This document shows positions 61,453 through 64,000 of a DNA stretch of 64,000 nucleotides, one piece after another. Position 1 is the first letter of the stretch. Each line of letters begins with the position of its first letter. The stretch comes from an uncultured Verrucomicrobiae bacterium. GTDB lineage: Bacteria; Verrucomicrobiota; Verrucomicrobiia; Chthoniobacterales; UBA10450. The notes under the pieces are model-generated. The model was not told the DNA's origin, made no database searches, and worked only from the letters and a program-made list of their open reading frames with translations. The stretch is taken from positions 96,001-160,000 of the forward strand of contig CAVTMK010000004.1 of the NCBI GenBank assembly GCA_963735805.1, read 5' to 3'. The position numbers were made by a program, and so were the translations under genes.

Positions 61453-62166
61453 TTATCTCTTCTCGCAGAGAGCGTACTGGTAGCGTCCATCCTCCCAGGT
61501 TGTGATCTTTTTCCATGGTTGTGTTGGAAAAAGATTCGCAAACGCATTTGCGGAAAATACCATCGCTTTACGTGGTTCTCGGTAACCATTATGCGACGGA
61601 GTTAACCCCACGAGCAGCCACATCGCGAAAAGGGGGATCGATGCCCAAAAAGCATGACGCGGCTCGGCGACAAGACAGCGGCCTCCTGGCTTTAATACAC
61701 GATGCATTTCCGCAATGACGCCGGCGTGTTCCGGCAGGATAGTGAACAATCGCGAAGCCAGAACAACATCAAAGGCTGCATCGGGGCACGACAGCTCGAG
61801 AGCATTGATTCGTTTGAAGCAGCAGTTGGTCAGATGAAGAGCATCGGCTCGCCCGCTGGCCCATTGAACTTGCTTTGCCGAACGATCGACTCCTGTAATC
61901 GACATCTCCCGGAAACGCTCTCCTAACCGACACGAGTAGAACCCTGGTCCGCAGCCCAGTTCAATCAGGGTTGTGCCCGGAAGAGGACGTCCGTCTGGCC
62001 AAAGAGTCGTGACAATACGATTTGTATCATCACGGAAAAGATGTTCGCGACAGAATGCATAAACCCAAGCGGCATGCTCGAAAAGGCTGTCGCTTTTATA
62101 GGCTTGAAACTCACACTTGTTTGGAATTGCTGTTGTCTTACTAAGACGAACCTGTTCCGGTAACAT
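61453..62166 (-). CDS. Class I SAM-dependent methyltransferase
   Basis: ELGCGPG, GVDRS, FDVV, RVLKPGG. Confidence 0.85.
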   Translation of the reverse strand: MLPEQVRLSKTTAIPNKCEFQAYKSDSLFEHAAWVYAFCREHLFRDDTNRIVTTLWPDGRPLPGTTLIELGCGPGFYSCRLGERFREMSITGVDRSAKQVQWASGRADALHLTNCCFKRINALELSCPDAAFDVVLASRLFTILPEHAGVIAEMHRVLKPGGRCLVAEPRHAFWASIPLFAMWLLVGLTPSHNGYREPRKAMVFSANAFANLFPTQPWKKITTWEDGRYQYALCEKR

Positions 62167-62219
62167 TTTAGTGTTGTTTCCAGTAGGACAATCGGTTCTC
62201 GTTTCGGTTTTCAGTGTCA

Positions 62220-62430
62220 AAAAGTTTTCCACAGACAGTACCAATTTGAATCAAAGTTTATCCATCTGATCTTCTTCTTCTACTTAAGAATAAGTCGATC
62301 TACACACGGCTCATTTCTATTGGTGATTTAGACTCGTGATGACCTGTTGATAATGTCAATACGTGACACCGACAACTGCGGTTTTTCGAAGAAGGACGAG
62401 ACTTATTCAAAGTTATTCGAACTTATTAGC
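62220..62430. other. Candidate replication origin (oriC)
   Basis: AT-rich divergent intergenic region with DnaA-box-like 9-mers and a CTT/CTA trinucleotide run; see findings. Confidence 0.4.
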
Positions 62431-62461
62431 TTCTTAATGCTAAATGCTTTAACAAGACCAA

Positions 62462-63289
62462 ATGCTCACTAAGAAGATCTCCTTGTTAAGTGCCGTCCTT
62501 TTTCTCACGGCATTTCCGTCTGCATGGAGTAGCGACGAACCATCGCTCTGGCGAATTCAACAGATTCTTGCGCACAAACGGTTCGTCGATCTGACCCACG
62601 AGTTCGCACCAGGGATCCCGCACTGGCCGGGATTTCCCGATGAAGGACGCAAAACGATCTTCTGGTACGAAAAGCGTCCTGACGTCATGGGAACAGGTTT
62701 CTTCTCCGAACTTTATACGCTCGTTGGTCAATGGGGGACACACGTCGACCCCCCGGCGCATTTCATAAAGGGGCTTCGGACCGTAGATCAGATCGATCCG
62801 AAAGAAATGCTACTGCCTCTTGTTGTCATAGATGTCCATAACGAGGTTGCGAAGAATCCGGATTACACGTTATCGCTCGAGCGGGTAAAACACTGGGAGA
62901 AAGACAACGGGTCGATCCCGGCCGGGGCGTTTGTTGCGATGAGGACCGATTGGTCGAAGCGATGGCCCAACGCGGCAAAGTTGGAAAACAAAGACGCCAA
63001 TGGCATCGCGCATTACCCGGGATGGAGTTTGCCTGCCCTGAAGTACCTTTACGAAGAGCGCAGAATCACAGCGTCAGGTCATGAAACGACAGATACCGAT
63101 CCGGGGATCGCCGCGAGCAAAAACGATTACTCACTTGAAACGTACATTCTTAGTACAAACCATTATCAAATTGAGCTGCTTACTAATCTCGACCAGGTTC
63201 CTGAAGCGGGCGCAATTGTGGTAGTAAGTTTTCCAAAACCAAAAGACGGCTCGGGGTTTCCAGCGCGCGTGTTCGCGATTGTGCCTTGA
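62462..63289 (+). CDS. Cyclase/kynurenine formamidase-family metallohydrolase with signal peptide
   Basis: VDLTH, QWGTHVDPPAHF, HYPGW, IELLTNL, GSGFPARVFA. Confidence 0.85.
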   Translation: MLTKKISLLSAVLFLTAFPSAWSSDEPSLWRIQQILAHKRFVDLTHEFAPGIPHWPGFPDEGRKTIFWYEKRPDVMGTGFFSELYTLVGQWGTHVDPPAHFIKGLRTVDQIDPKEMLLPLVVIDVHNEVAKNPDYTLSLERVKHWEKDNGSIPAGAFVAMRTDWSKRWPNAAKLENKDANGIAHYPGWSLPALKYLYEERRITASGHETTDTDPGIAASKNDYSLETYILSTNHYQIELLTNLDQVPEAGAIVVVSFPKPKDGSGFPARVFAIVP

Positions 63290-63349
63290 ATTGTGCTTTG
63301 GTCGAGTTGACCGAAAGTTGCGGCAGGAACGAAGATAGGGGCTGAGTCC

Positions 63350-64000
63350 ATGCACATTACTGACATCTTGCGGGATTCTCCGACATTTTCGTTCGAGTTC
63401 TTTCCTCCGAAAACTCCGGAGACAGCCGAGACTCTCTATCAAACGATTCGCGAGCTCGAATCGTACATGCCGCACTTTGTGAGCGTGACTTACGGCGCCG
63501 GCGGATCAACGCGTGATTTAACGCACGACCTTGTCGAGCGCATTCAACGAACAACAAAGCTCGACCCGGTCCCTCACCTTACGTGCGTCTGCCACAACGA
63601 AGAGGAAGTCGAAGCGATCCTCTGCCGATATGCCAAGTCTGCCATCGGAAACATTCTCGCGCTCGGCGGGGACAGGCCGACTGGGATTGCGTACGATAAA
63701 TCGCGGGACGCATTTCAACATGCGATCGATTTGGTCAAATTCATTCGGCGATTCAATGAGTCCGGCACGCATCCAGACCGCCGAGGTTTTGGGATCGGAG
63801 TGGCAGGATTCCCGGAAGGGCACCCTGCCACGCCAAATCGATTGTTCGAAATGGACTACTTCAAAGCGAAAGTGGACGCAGGTGCCGACTACGTAGTGAC
63901 CCAGCTATTTTTCGATAACCGCGACTTTCTCGATTTTCGCGAACGCTGTGGGCTGGCGGACATTCATATCCCCATTATTGCTGGCATCATGCCGATTACT
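63350..64000 (+). CDS. metF: 5,10-methylenetetrahydrofolate reductase (partial, runs off window)
   Basis: Own translation: MHITDILRDSPTFSFEFFPPKT...FVSVTYGAGGST...PHLTC...LALGGD...GFPEGHP...KVDAGAD...TQLFF. Confidence 0.93.
   Translation, partial: MHITDILRDSPTFSFEFFPPKTPETAETLYQTIRELESYMPHFVSVTYGAGGSTRDLTHDLVERIQRTTKLDPVPHLTCVCHNEEEVEAILCRYAKSAIGNILALGGDRPTGIAYDKSRDAFQHAIDLVKFIRRFNESGTHPDRRGFGIGVAGFPEGHPATPNRLFEMDYFKAKVDAGADYVVTQLFFDNRDFLDFRERCGLADIHIPIIAGIMPIT

Noticed and set aside
63289..63350. SAM riboswitch before metF
   Set aside because: Gap is only about 60 nt with no recognisable SAM aptamer motif

Overview
Bacterial chromosomal window, most likely from a soil Verrucomicrobiota (Chthoniobacterales / Ca. 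Udaeobacter-like). This is inferred from the VPDSG/VPDGG-CTERM proteins, the exosortase and the Pro-Thr-linked secreted proteins. The left half (1-29.7 kb, all + strand) is a cell-surface/exopolysaccharide region. It holds an orphan CheR-like methyltransferase and two paralogous giant secreted proteins (PQQ-like propeller plus 1 or 3 near-identical DUF2341-LamG modules, broken by frameshifts that look like consensus errors). These are followed by a six-gene nucleotide-sugar cassette, a Wza-like exporter, an OM beta-barrel, exosortase, PrsK/PrsR/PrsT-like genes, two VPDSG-CTERM proteins with sigma-54 promoters, and an RfaH-like antiterminator ending at tRNA-Val. A recurring 18-bp box (YGTCGGAAWNWTTTACGA) ties the region together as a likely PrsR regulon. 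The right half is mostly housekeeping: fumC, polX, priA, trxB, partial metF and tRNA-Thr. It also has a split ArgZ-like arginine catabolism pair, a GNAT-methyltransferase fusion, a GH75 protein, two flavin-dependent halogenase-like genes flanking an antiporter, a DUF2064/GT2/epimerase/methyltransferase cluster, and a candidate oriC near 62.2-62.4 kb. All product calls come from motif recognition by eye; no database searches were run.
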